Source: an uncultured Christensenella sp.
Lineage (GTDB): Bacteria; Bacillota; Clostridia; Christensenellales; Christensenellaceae
Direction of reading: 5' to 3'
NCBI GenBank assembly: GCA_964494645.1
Contig: CAZBSH010000001.1
Coordinates: forward strand, 52,627-116,626
DNA length: 64,000 nt
Positions 11,449 to 20,722 of this stretch are shown one piece after another; position 1 is the stretch's first letter; each line of letters begins with the position of its first letter. The position numbers and the translations under genes were made by a program. Below the pieces are notes generated by a model, which saw only the letters and a list, made by a program, of their open reading frames with translations, did not search any database and was not told the DNA's origin.

Positions 11449-11492
11449 AAAAGCGTTTCTGCCGGTGATCGTGCCAGGCAGGAACGCTTTTT
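11449..11492 (+). terminator. Intrinsic terminator
   Basis: AAAAGCGTTTCTGCC...GGCAGGAACGCTTTTT. Confidence 0.75.
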
Positions 11493-11588
11493 AAAGAGAT
11501 ATGATTGCATGAGAAACAAGAAAATGTTACAATTAAGAAACAAATCAACGGTATTACAACGAAAAAATATGGTATGGAAGGTGTATGC

Positions 11589-12371
11589 ATGAAAGTAGTG
11601 ATTTTGGCAGGTGGGTTTGGTACGCGCATCGGTGAAGAGTCGCATTTGCGGCCAAAGCCGATGATAGAAATCGGGGGGAGACCTATCCTTTGGCATATCA
11701 TGAAGTACTATTCATATTTTGGGTATAATGAATTTATCATTTGTCTAGGATATAAGGGATATATGATTAAGGAATTTTTTGCGGATTATTATTTGCATAT
11801 GTCGGATGTGACGTTTGATTTTTCCGATGGAAAGAGAGACGTTACCATTCATAACAATTTTGCCGAGCCATGGAAAGTAACATTGGTAGATACCGGTCTT
11901 ACCACAATGACAGGTGGACGTTTAAAAAGAATCAGAGATTATATTAATGATGAGACCTTTTTTATGACGTACGGCGATGGTGTAGCGGATGTGGATTTGC
12001 ATGCCTTGCTGGATTGGCACAAAGACAAGGGAAAGCTGGCAACAATGACGGCAATTCAACCCAGCGGGCGTTTTGGTGTGTTGGATATCGATCAGGAAGC
12101 GGAAATTGTTGCGTTTCGCGAGAAGAAGCAAGAGGACAACGGCTGGATCAATGGCGGATTCATGGTACTGGAGCCGTCGGTTTTGGATTATATCGAAGGG
12201 GACGATACGTTCTTTGAGAAGGAACCTCTAGAGTGTCTGGCAAACGAAAGACAGCTAAGCGCATACAAACATACGGGATTTTGGCAGTGTATGGATACGC
12301 AGCGTGATAAAGGATTACTGGAAAATCTTCTGGATAGTGGGAAAGCGCCATGGAAAATATGGAAAGACTAA
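11589..12371 (+). CDS. rfbF: Glucose-1-phosphate cytidylyltransferase
   Basis: MKVVILAGGFGTRIGEES..PKPMIEIG, TMTGGRLKR and GFWQCMDT. Confidence 0.93.
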   Translation: MKVVILAGGFGTRIGEESHLRPKPMIEIGGRPILWHIMKYYSYFGYNEFIICLGYKGYMIKEFFADYYLHMSDVTFDFSDGKRDVTIHNNFAEPWKVTLVDTGLTTMTGGRLKRIRDYINDETFFMTYGDGVADVDLHALLDWHKDKGKLATMTAIQPSGRFGVLDIDQEAEIVAFREKKQEDNGWINGGFMVLEPSVLDYIEGDDTFFEKEPLECLANERQLSAYKHTGFWQCMDTQRDKGLLENLLDSGKAPWKIWKD

Positions 12372-13426
12372 AGGGCTTTTATAAAGATAAAAAAATATTT
12401 GTCACCGGACATACGGGCTTTAAAGGGACATGGCTGTGTACTGTTTTACAAGAGCTGGGGGCAGACGTTACGGGATATGCGCTCGAACCGCCCGCTGAGC
12501 CAAACTTGTTCAGTATTACCAATGTTGAAAAGAAGATGTGCTCGGTGGTTGGAGATGTAAGGGATTTATCCATGCTAACAAAAACAATGGCGAGTGCCCG
12601 CCCCGACATTGTGATACATATGGCGGCACAACCCTTGGTCAGAACTTCTTATGAGCAGCCGGTATATACTTATGAAACGAATGTAATGGGAACGGTTCAT
12701 GTGTTAGAGGCGATGCGTATGACAGATAGTGTCAGATCGTTTTTGAATGTCACAACGGATAAAGTTTACAGAAACAATGAGTGGGACAAGGGATACGTGG
12801 AAACGGATGAGCTCAATGGATATGATCCGTATTCTAATTCTAAATCTTGTTCCGAGCTGATAACGGATAGCTACAAAAAATCTTTTTTTGAGAACAGGGA
12901 AGTTGCAATTTCTACTGCACGTGCGGGCAACGTCATCGGTGGAGGTGACTTTTCAAAAGACAGGATACTTCCGGACTGTGTAAAGGCGGCTTTTGCCGGT
13001 GAAACGATCAAAGTAAGGAATCCATATTCTGTTCGTCCTTACCAGCATGTACTGGAGCCGCTGTTTGCATATTTGACGATCGCGCAGAAACAGTATGAAG
13101 ATAAAAGTCTGGCGGGCAGCTATAATATTGGACCGAATGATGCGGACTGTGTTACGACAGGGGAATTGGTTTCTTTATTTTGTGATGCGTGGGAAGGCGC
13201 TTCGTGGCAGGCTGCCTGCGAAAAGGGCGCTGTGCATGAAGCGAATTTTTTGAAGCTGGATTGCTCAAAAATCATGAAAACGTTTGGTATCGTTCCAAAA
13301 TGGAATGTTTGGCAGGCGGTCGAGAAAACGGTAGAATGGGCAAAGTGTTACTACGAACAAAAAGATGTAGAACTATGTATGAAGCGGCAAATTGAGCGGT
13401 ATGCGTTGAAGGAAAGTTGTTTATGA
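12350..13426 (+). CDS. rfbG: CDP-glucose 4,6-dehydratase
   Basis: VTGHTGFKGTWL, AAQPLVR, TTDKVY, DPYSNSK, RAGNVIGGGD and RPYQHVLEPL. Confidence 0.93.
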   Translation: MENMERLKGFYKDKKIFVTGHTGFKGTWLCTVLQELGADVTGYALEPPAEPNLFSITNVEKKMCSVVGDVRDLSMLTKTMASARPDIVIHMAAQPLVRTSYEQPVYTYETNVMGTVHVLEAMRMTDSVRSFLNVTTDKVYRNNEWDKGYVETDELNGYDPYSNSKSCSELITDSYKKSFFENREVAISTARAGNVIGGGDFSKDRILPDCVKAAFAGETIKVRNPYSVRPYQHVLEPLFAYLTIAQKQYEDKSLAGSYNIGPNDADCVTTGELVSLFCDAWEGASWQAACEKGAVHEANFLKLDCSKIMKTFGIVPKWNVWQAVEKTVEWAKCYYEQKDVELCMKRQIERYALKESCL

Positions 13427-15456
13427 GTGAGGTAGAATTAGGAGTTCGCTTAGAAAAACGGATCAAAGAAGTAGCGGCTTCGTTGATCGCGTTAGCGTTC
13501 AATATTGCTTTTTGGATGATATGTTTGGAACCAAATATATTTTCTGTGATACACGACAAGATAGCGGTTGCAAATCTATTGCTGTTTGTTGTTTCTATTG
13601 CGTTGTTCTTTGGGTGTTTTTTAATTGCCTATCGTATCCTATCAAAAGCAAAATTTGCTTTTTTTATAAAAGAGAGTCCTATGGGCAAGCCCTTTTTTTT
13701 CGCCTTCATAATATTGGCATTCATAGGGTTGTTTTTGGCTGTTTTCAATGAAAAAGTAATTGATCGGTATCACGAGATCGTATTTTGGCACAATATACCT
13801 TTTGGTCTCGTGATCATATGCAGCATTTTGGCTTATATTGCCTTTTTCCATTTTACTAATTATTTAGACAATTTTTCTACAGACGAAAAGAAATATGATT
13901 CAAAAATGTTTTGGTTTATTGCGGCTGCGGTTGCTCTTATGGTAGGGTATCTCAGTTATAGCCCGGGTCTGTTTTTTACAAACATAGGAACCACGTTGCA
14001 TGCTGATGCTGTTTATAGTTCGGTTTACAATGTGTTTTATGATACGCCGCTTACCATGCAAACATATAGCATATATGGATATTATGGAATTTTCCTTGCG
14101 CCCTTTTTAAAGCTGGCGGCAATGTTAAACATCTCAAATACGCTTAACGTATTCTGTATTCTTGTTGCGATATTGATGGCGCTGACCTGCTTATGCAGCG
14201 CCTATGCAATTAATGTATTTATTAAAAACAAAGTATTGAAATACCTTGGCGTTATTGCAATGGTATCAGTAACGATTTGGCGGGGGGCGTTTTTGTCTCA
14301 GAGACCGTTACGGGTGCTTCCTCTTGCAATGATCATGGCGCTCATTGCATTTACGGTACAGAATCCGCAAAAGTTGAAGTGGACGAGGGTTTTAGGATAT
14401 GTATTAAGCGCTGCGGCGATTGCATGGAATATTGAAACGGGTATTGCGGTAACGCTAGCATGGAGTGCGTTTATGTTGGCGATCAGCTGGCAAAAATATA
14501 AGGTACGCAGTCTGAAATTTTTAAGAGATACGCTCATTGCTATTTTGATGATCGCCGTCTGCCTGCTTGGCGCTGTCGCAATCGTAGGGGTTTATAATTT
14601 GTCGGTTGGGGGCGATATGATTTCATTGTCCCAATTTATGTCAGTTCTTACGAATAGAACTTTTGTCGGAGAAACATTACAGCGCGATTTATTGCCTGTC
14701 AGAATAAGCGCATGGATGTTTTTGATATTGATTGCTTTTGCTTTTATCAGTAAAAGTATTTCTACGACCAGCCTTTGCAAAAAGACCTCGGAGGTTCAGT
14801 ATCGATCCGCTTCTTATTTAGGGCTGGCTATGCTCTTACTGGGTGCAATGGTATATTACATGAACGGTGCTTCTTACGGGAATCTTAGCATCACAACAAT
14901 GCCTGCGGTATTGATGATATGCATTATTGCGCAGTCGTGTCTTTTGTCCATGAAAATGATTCGGAGCAAATGGAAGCAGAAGATATCTGTGGCATTTGCA
15001 GGTTCGCTTGTGTGCGGGATTGCCGGAACCTTTGTTCTTTTTGCTCTGGCTTTAGGATGTCTTACCAACTTAGGGTATTCTATCTTAAGAATGGATCAAT
15101 TTCGGCAACGGGAGCCTGGTATCAAATGTGCGGAAGAAATTGCACAAGTTGTTCCCAAAGATACAAATGCTTTCGGCATAGGAACAACCGAGATATATTC
15201 GATTTTAGGCTGGGATACGCAGTTGCACACCATGGATTATGCCGGTTTTATGATTAATCAAGAGTCGTGCGCATACGTTACGAAGCTTTTCGATGGCTTG
15301 AAGGGCGAAGATATGCTTATGACAGCATCGACATTTGGAATGCTGGGGTACATCTTGCCGGAAGTGCAAAGCGAATTTATTGCAACACATAAAGTACAAG
15401 CAACTATCAGTTTTGTTGGTGAGGACGAGTTCTTATATTTTGTTCCTATTGTGTGA
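13423..15456 (+). CDS. Polytopic membrane protein, possible GT-C glycosyltransferase
   Basis: Many TM segments, an extracytoplasmic loop with YSIYGYYG and a soluble C-terminal tail. ATGA overlap with rfbG. Function is inferred from context. Confidence 0.55.
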   Translation: MSEVELGVRLEKRIKEVAASLIALAFNIAFWMICLEPNIFSVIHDKIAVANLLLFVVSIALFFGCFLIAYRILSKAKFAFFIKESPMGKPFFFAFIILAFIGLFLAVFNEKVIDRYHEIVFWHNIPFGLVIICSILAYIAFFHFTNYLDNFSTDEKKYDSKMFWFIAAAVALMVGYLSYSPGLFFTNIGTTLHADAVYSSVYNVFYDTPLTMQTYSIYGYYGIFLAPFLKLAAMLNISNTLNVFCILVAILMALTCLCSAYAINVFIKNKVLKYLGVIAMVSVTIWRGAFLSQRPLRVLPLAMIMALIAFTVQNPQKLKWTRVLGYVLSAAAIAWNIETGIAVTLAWSAFMLAISWQKYKVRSLKFLRDTLIAILMIAVCLLGAVAIVGVYNLSVGGDMISLSQFMSVLTNRTFVGETLQRDLLPVRISAWMFLILIAFAFISKSISTTSLCKKTSEVQYRSASYLGLAMLLLGAMVYYMNGASYGNLSITTMPAVLMICIIAQSCLLSMKMIRSKWKQKISVAFAGSLVCGIAGTFVLFALALGCLTNLGYSILRMDQFRQREPGIKCAEEIAQVVPKDTNAFGIGTTEIYSILGWDTQLHTMDYAGFMINQESCAYVTKLFDGLKGEDMLMTASTFGMLGYILPEVQSEFIATHKVQATISFVGEDEFLYFVPIV

Positions 15457-15469
15457 TATCAATGAATGA

Positions 15470-15510
15470 ATAAAATAACCCCTGCGCTGTTATCGCAGGG
15501 GTTATTTTAT
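15470..15510. terminator. Bidirectional terminator
   Basis: Perfect 17-bp inverted repeat ATAAAATAACCCCTGCG / CGCAGGGGTTATTTTAT between convergent genes. Confidence 0.9.
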
Positions 15511-15511
15511 G

Positions 15512-17284
15512 TTAGTCCAATGTAAAGGTTTCCCGGTCTTTTTCTGAAATAAACGGATATAAATCTTCTAACGGAAGCGAATAAGGATTGCCGTTCTCGT
15601 CAAGCTTTGTGGCAGCGCGAGGGATCTCTTCAAAAAGCGGATCGATTTTCACTTCGCAAATACATGCGCAGGGATCATCCATTGCGTCTTTCACGATGCG
15701 TTCCATATCGGCAGGATCGTCGAGGTAATAATAGTTTAAATCATACAAGTCAGCAGTCTTTTTAATATCGGGAAGAGAAAGTCCCGATGACGGATTACAT
15801 GCGAGAAGACGAGAATCGAAATGAGCACGCTGCATGCCTAAAACAGCAGAGTAGCCATTATTGTTTAAAACAAATATTTTTATGGGAAGGTTGTATGTCT
15901 TAATGAGTTGGAGCTCTTGAAGATTATGCTGGAGGCTTCCGTCGCCTTCCATACAGATAACACGTTTTTTGCCGGAGGCAATACAAGAACCGATAGCCAA
16001 AGGGATTGTATATCCCATAGATCCAAGCCCCATCGCCGCGATAAAGCGATTAGGTGACGCTGTCCCAAGACTCATGGGTACAATGGCACTTGCACGACCG
16101 GAAGAGGCACCGGCAATAACATCATCTGCTTTTAGATGGCGCGTGATAGAATGACCTAACTGATAACCATCTATATATTTGCAGGATGAAGGCTGTTTTT
16201 CTTCTGCTAAGGGAAAACGGTCTTTGCATTTTTGGCAATAATCGAGCCAGTCTGTAATATCTAACGGTTGATAGGATGCTATTTGTACAAGAAGCGCATT
16301 TACAAATTCATGGGCATCTGCTTGTATTTTTTTTTCGTAGTTGGCGACAAGCAAATCCAGTTCATGAGAATCGATATCCACAATAATTTTTTTTGCAAGT
16401 GGTGCAAAAGTCATTTCATTAAAAGCAGTCATACAATAATTCAATCGGGCACCAATCACTACTAAGCAGTCACAATTTTGAATGATAAAATTGGAATAGC
16501 GCGGTGCAAGCGAACCGGGACATCCATAGTATAAATCATATTTTCCGGCGACGGTATCTCGTGCTCGCCAAGAACTTAAAACGGGGATATGTAACTTTTG
16601 TGCCAGTTGCAGAAATGAGTCCTCAGCACAGCAACGAACACCATTCCCTATTAATATTGCAGGACGTTTTGCCTGATTTAAAAGTGTAAATACCTCTTTT
16701 GCCTCTTGCGCCGAAAACGCCGCCGCTTTTGGCTCGGGTATAAATTCGGGGAGCGTTTCCACATCAATTTCAGCTGATTGGATATCCAGCGGGATCTCTA
16801 GCCATACGGGACCGCGTCGGCCATTCATTGCCAGATACGCCGCCTTTTGCAGATGATATTTGATTTGGTTAGCATCCAGAACGCTGACCGCATATTTTGT
16901 AGTAGGCGAAATAATATCGATTATATTACATTCTTGCGGTCCGACCTGACGGACATTTTTGCCGGTCATAAGATCTGCGCGCTTTGCTTGTCCGGATATG
17001 ACGATGAGAGGCGTGGAATCAATATATGCGTCAACAACGCCTGTAATGGCATTGGTTGACCCGGGACCGGTCGTTAAAAAAGCAACGCCGGGCTTATTCG
17101 TATATAGGGAATAACCCTCGCAAGAGATGGTTGTCGCCTGCTCGTTCAAATTGCAATATTTACGAATGTTTGTGTTTTGGGCGAGCGAATCCAGCAGATG
17201 CATCATACCTCCGCCGGGCAAAAAAAACACATCACGTACTCCCAGGTTTTCGATAAAGCGAACGACATAATCAGATAATTTCAT
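15512..17284 (-). CDS. ThDP-dependent enzyme (acetolactate-synthase-like; YerE-like branched-sugar carboligase)
   Basis: PGGGMMHLLDS, NEQ, TTGPGSTNA and the ThDP motif GDGSLQHNLQEL...NNNGY. Located within sugar-nucleotide genes. Confidence 0.8.
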   Translation of the reverse strand: MKLSDYVVRFIENLGVRDVFFLPGGGMMHLLDSLAQNTNIRKYCNLNEQATTISCEGYSLYTNKPGVAFLTTGPGSTNAITGVVDAYIDSTPLIVISGQAKRADLMTGKNVRQVGPQECNIIDIISPTTKYAVSVLDANQIKYHLQKAAYLAMNGRRGPVWLEIPLDIQSAEIDVETLPEFIPEPKAAAFSAQEAKEVFTLLNQAKRPAILIGNGVRCCAEDSFLQLAQKLHIPVLSSWRARDTVAGKYDLYYGCPGSLAPRYSNFIIQNCDCLVVIGARLNYCMTAFNEMTFAPLAKKIIVDIDSHELDLLVANYEKKIQADAHEFVNALLVQIASYQPLDITDWLDYCQKCKDRFPLAEEKQPSSCKYIDGYQLGHSITRHLKADDVIAGASSGRASAIVPMSLGTASPNRFIAAMGLGSMGYTIPLAIGSCIASGKKRVICMEGDGSLQHNLQELQLIKTYNLPIKIFVLNNNGYSAVLGMQRAHFDSRLLACNPSSGLSLPDIKKTADLYDLNYYYLDDPADMERIVKDAMDDPCACICEVKIDPLFEEIPRAATKLDENGNPYSLPLEDLYPFISEKDRETFTLD

Positions 17285-17294
17285 AAGTGCTCCT

Positions 17295-18179
17295 TTAGAT
17301 TGATTTCTTTACAGCATTGTAGTCAAACTCGTTTTTGTGTTCAGAAAAATAATGATACAAGCGAGTCAACGATTCACGCATAGGAAGGCAAGAAAGATTG
17401 CCTTCTTCTAAAATTCTGGAACCGTCACCGGTATATTCAAGATTCATTCCTTCATTTATTATTGTAATACCGAGGTCTTTTCCGGAAATATCAACGACCA
17501 TATTCGCGAGTTCGCTCAACAAGTAATATTGGTTATTGCAGGTGTTATAATCGCAATATTTGGTTTCGTTTTCAATCGCCCAAACAACCATTTTGGTCAG
17601 ATCATCCACATCCAGAAAAGAAAACCGACATTCTTTTCGTATGCTCAAGGGAATACCAAATGCGGCTTTGGTACAGAGGTTTGAAATAAAATTACGAGAA
17701 TAATCCTCGTATTCGTTCATCATACCAAAAAGTCGCAGGCAGACCAAACGCTTCGACCCTGTTTGGCGCGCATACATGGTCTGTGCCAATTTGGAAAAGC
17801 CATAATCGTCCTGCGGAATGACACAACCTACCTCATCCTCACCTATTTCTACAATATCGCGATGCTTTGCAAATTCGGCTCCGCTACCTAAGAATATTAG
17901 CTTGCCGTAATAGTCTTCTGCGTGGAGAAAACCGGCGAACATACGTAAGTTTTCTTCGCAGTTTGAAATTTGGGGACGCTTTTTGGGATTATGCGTCGCG
18001 CTATGAACGATAACGTCTGGCTGATGTTTCTTAAGATATGTGTAAACCGCTTCTGTATCAGCTAAATTAAGATCGGCGCTCGAAGGACGCAATAAATCAT
18101 AATGTCCGTCCATGTTTTCAGACATTTTCCTTCCGGTTGCTGATGTGGAAGAAGCTCCGGTCATTAGAATTTTTTTCAT
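17295..18179 (-). CDS. NAD-dependent epimerase/reductase (extended SDR, YerF-like position)
   Basis: N-terminal ILMTGAS, GSGAEF and YGFSK (YxxxK). Confidence 0.75.
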   Translation of the reverse strand: MKKILMTGASSTSATGRKMSENMDGHYDLLRPSSADLNLADTEAVYTYLKKHQPDVIVHSATHNPKKRPQISNCEENLRMFAGFLHAEDYYGKLIFLGSGAEFAKHRDIVEIGEDEVGCVIPQDDYGFSKLAQTMYARQTGSKRLVCLRLFGMMNEYEDYSRNFISNLCTKAAFGIPLSIRKECRFSFLDVDDLTKMVVWAIENETKYCDYNTCNNQYYLLSELANMVVDISGKDLGITIINEGMNLEYTGDGSRILEEGNLSCLPMRESLTRLYHYFSEHKNEFDYNAVKKSI

Positions 18180-18202
18180 TACAGATAGTTCCTTTTCTAA
18201 AA

Positions 18203-19192
18203 TTAATCTGATGGATTATTATCTTTGCCGGTGTCCTTATCATCAAAATTGAGACGCTTTTCTTCTAATACAAGAGGATAATTCATAACACGCTTATTGA
18301 TCAACATAATATATTCTCCCAATAATCCGATGAAGAAAAGAATAACAGAACCGATAAAGAAGGTCGCAATCAGCAGTGGAGCGGTTCCGGCGGGATAGGC
18401 GTACCAATTGATCAACTTTAAAATGAGATAAACGACCCCGGCAATAAAACTTGCGATGGCAAGAATAAAACCTGAAATGGTGGCAATGTGCAGCGGAAGG
18501 TCGGAATTAGATGTAATGCCACGCATAGCCACGCTAAATAGATAAATAAAATTACTTTTTGATTTTCCGCTATGACGCTTCTGCTGTTCATATTCGATTT
18601 CTTTTCGCTCTGCGACATATTCGGGAATCATGCTTCGCATATAAATCAACGGATCATTCGTAGAACGGATCAGCTTCATAAACTTTTTATCATATAATCC
18701 AAACCCCGTAAATTGATAGATTTGTTTTACATTGGAAATTTTGTCGAGTATTCTATAATAAAAACTTCTTAACCTATACATAAGCTTGTTTTCTTGACTC
18801 TTGCTTTTTACGCCAACGACTATTTTGTATCCGTCTTCCCATGCTTTTAAGAATTGAGGAATCATTTCAGGAGGATCCTGCAAATCACCGGCCATAATGA
18901 TAGTACAATCTCCACGCGTCTGACGCAAAAGATGCAGCCCGGAGCGATGGCCAACGTTTGCTGCATTAAAAATGGCCTTTATATGCTTGTTATCAGCAGC
19001 GAGAAGCGCAATGAGCTCACGCGTACCATCGGTAGATTTATTATCAGCAAAGACAATCTCGTAATCATAATAAGAAAAGTCTTTTGCAAATACATCGGTA
19101 ATTTTTTGAACCAAAATACTGATGTTATCAACTTCGTTGAAAACAGGGATATTGATGCTGACCTTTTTTCTTTTTTTCATGCTATTCTCCAC
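18203..19192 (-). CDS. GT2 polyprenyl-phosphate glycosyltransferase (GtrB/CsbB-like)
   Basis: IPVFNE, DNKSTDGT, GDLQDPPE and two C-terminal TM helices ending in GLLGEYI. Confidence 0.88.
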   Translation of the reverse strand: MENSMKKRKKVSINIPVFNEVDNISILVQKITDVFAKDFSYYDYEIVFADNKSTDGTRELIALLAADNKHIKAIFNAANVGHRSGLHLLRQTRGDCTIIMAGDLQDPPEMIPQFLKAWEDGYKIVVGVKSKSQENKLMYRLRSFYYRILDKISNVKQIYQFTGFGLYDKKFMKLIRSTNDPLIYMRSMIPEYVAERKEIEYEQQKRHSGKSKSNFIYLFSVAMRGITSNSDLPLHIATISGFILAIASFIAGVVYLILKLINWYAYPAGTAPLLIATFFIGSVILFFIGLLGEYIMLINKRVMNYPLVLEEKRLNFDDKDTGKDNNPSD

Positions 19193-19211
19193 AAATTATT
19201 TGCTTTTATTA

Positions 19212-19240
19212 ATTGTAGTATTTAAAGCAGGGTCTGTCAA
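19212..19240 (-). promoter_or_regulatory. sigma-A promoter of the GT2-SDR-ThDP operon
   Basis: Minus strand reads TTGACA-N17-TACAAT. Confidence 0.7.
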
Positions 19241-19262
19241 TAAAGAGAAGGGCGTAGTACGC

Positions 19263-19291
19263 TTGACGAAGTTGGCAAATATGTGTATGAT
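19263..19291 (+). promoter_or_regulatory. Divergent sigma-A promoter of the FkbM gene
   Basis: TTGACG-N17-TATGAT. Confidence 0.65.
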
Positions 19292-19437
19292 AAATGAAAA
19301 TCTAAACAATTTCGCGCATGGTTTTTTCGCTCTCGCGTTTAAATCGGATGCGCTTTTTTATACCCTTTTTATTTGAACGAAATTGTTTATCTTTTCGTTC
19401 GAAATGAGATGTATATGATAAGGGAGAGGGTTTTATA

Positions 19438-20526
19438 ATGTTAGAATTGGAAAAAATAAAAAAACTGGAAGATAAAACGGAATTATTTCTAAGGAATTAC
19501 AATAGAAGCAATGCGATTGCTTTATATGGTGCGGGGAATTCAGGACATCATGTTATAAAATATTTGCGGAGTAAAGGGATTTCGCCCGTCGCGGTGATTG
19601 ACTCTAATCCTGAAAAGTGGGGAAAATCATATTGTGATTGCCGGGTTTTATCTCTGAAACAAGCGCTTGATTCATATGCGAATCTGAATGTGTTTATTTC
19701 TGCGTCGACATTTGAAAGAGAAATTCGCGATGCGCTAAAAAAGATCATTCCGGAGGATAGGATACATTTTTTTGAATATGAACGGCTTTTTTACTGTGAA
19801 ATACCGGAATATCGGAATTTTGTATCGGACCATATTCAAGATCTATTGTTTGTATATGAGAATTTGTCGGATCAGTGTTCTCAACAGACAATGGAAGAGA
19901 TAGTTAATCTTTGGTGCAGTGCGGATCCCAAACATCTCGAGAAGATTTATGCGCCGGACCAATATTTCCCAAACGACATTATTCAATTGACTGAACATGA
20001 GAGTTTCGTTGATTGCGGGGCGTTTACCGGAGATACATTTGAGCAGTTTTATGAGCAGGTTGGCGGGAAATATGATCATTATTATGGGCTGGAACCGCAA
20101 AAGGAGTGTTATGCGGAGTTAAAGCTTGCGTGTGGAACGGATGAAAGGAATTGTATTTTTACATGCGGCGCTTCAGACCGAAAAGAGCAACTGCGGTTTA
20201 GTAATGATTTTGATAAAGGGCATGCTACTGTTACGAATGGGGGAGAGACGATGATTGATGTTTGTCCGATTGATGAATTGATCAGTGACAAGGGCAAGGT
20301 CACTTTTATCAAAATGGATATTGAAGGAAGCGAATTAAAAGCGTTGCGTGGTGCGGAAAAAACAATTATCAATCACAAGCCTAAACTTGCAATCTGCGTT
20401 TATCACAGAATGACGGATATGGTGGAGATCCCTAAATATATTATGGGGCTAGGATTGAATTATCGATACTATATCCGCCATCATCAAAGGTTTGCGGGTG
20501 TGGAAACTGTTTTTTATGCAGTGTGA
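19438..20526 (+). CDS. FkbM family methyltransferase
   Basis: FVDCGAFTGDT, FIKMDIEGSE and PKLAICVYH, plus an N-terminal Rossmann-like YGAG domain. Confidence 0.88.
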   Translation: MLELEKIKKLEDKTELFLRNYNRSNAIALYGAGNSGHHVIKYLRSKGISPVAVIDSNPEKWGKSYCDCRVLSLKQALDSYANLNVFISASTFEREIRDALKKIIPEDRIHFFEYERLFYCEIPEYRNFVSDHIQDLLFVYENLSDQCSQQTMEEIVNLWCSADPKHLEKIYAPDQYFPNDIIQLTEHESFVDCGAFTGDTFEQFYEQVGGKYDHYYGLEPQKECYAELKLACGTDERNCIFTCGASDRKEQLRFSNDFDKGHATVTNGGETMIDVCPIDELISDKGKVTFIKMDIEGSELKALRGAEKTIINHKPKLAICVYHRMTDMVEIPKYIMGLGLNYRYYIRHHQRFAGVETVFYAV

Positions 20527-20547
20527 GATTCAATAATAAAGTCACTT

Positions 20548-20578
20548 AATAGCGTCTGATCAGGCGCTATTTTTATTT
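20548..20578 (+). terminator. Intrinsic terminator
   Basis: AATAGCGTCTG-at-CAGGCGCTATT followed by a T-rich tail. Confidence 0.7.
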
Positions 20579-20656
20579 CGAAAATAAAGGAGTACGAACG
20601 AGGTATACATAGGCATGTAAAGGCGAGATAGCTGGTTTTTGGAGGAGGGAGGACAT

Positions 20657-20685
20657 TTGACTAGAAGTATCTGCCATGCTAAAAT
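20657..20685 (+). promoter_or_regulatory. sigma-A promoter with extended -10 for the leg-type operon
   Basis: TTGACT-N17-TAAAAT with TGc immediately before the -10. Confidence 0.7.
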
Positions 20686-20722
20686 ATGATATGAATAGGG
20701 AATAAATACGGGGGATATATCT

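Noticed and set aside
17220-17227. A8 run near the 5' end of the ThDP enzyme gene as a slipped-strand phase-variation tract
   Set aside because: A/T runs of 8-9 are common in this AT-rich region, and the frame is intact.
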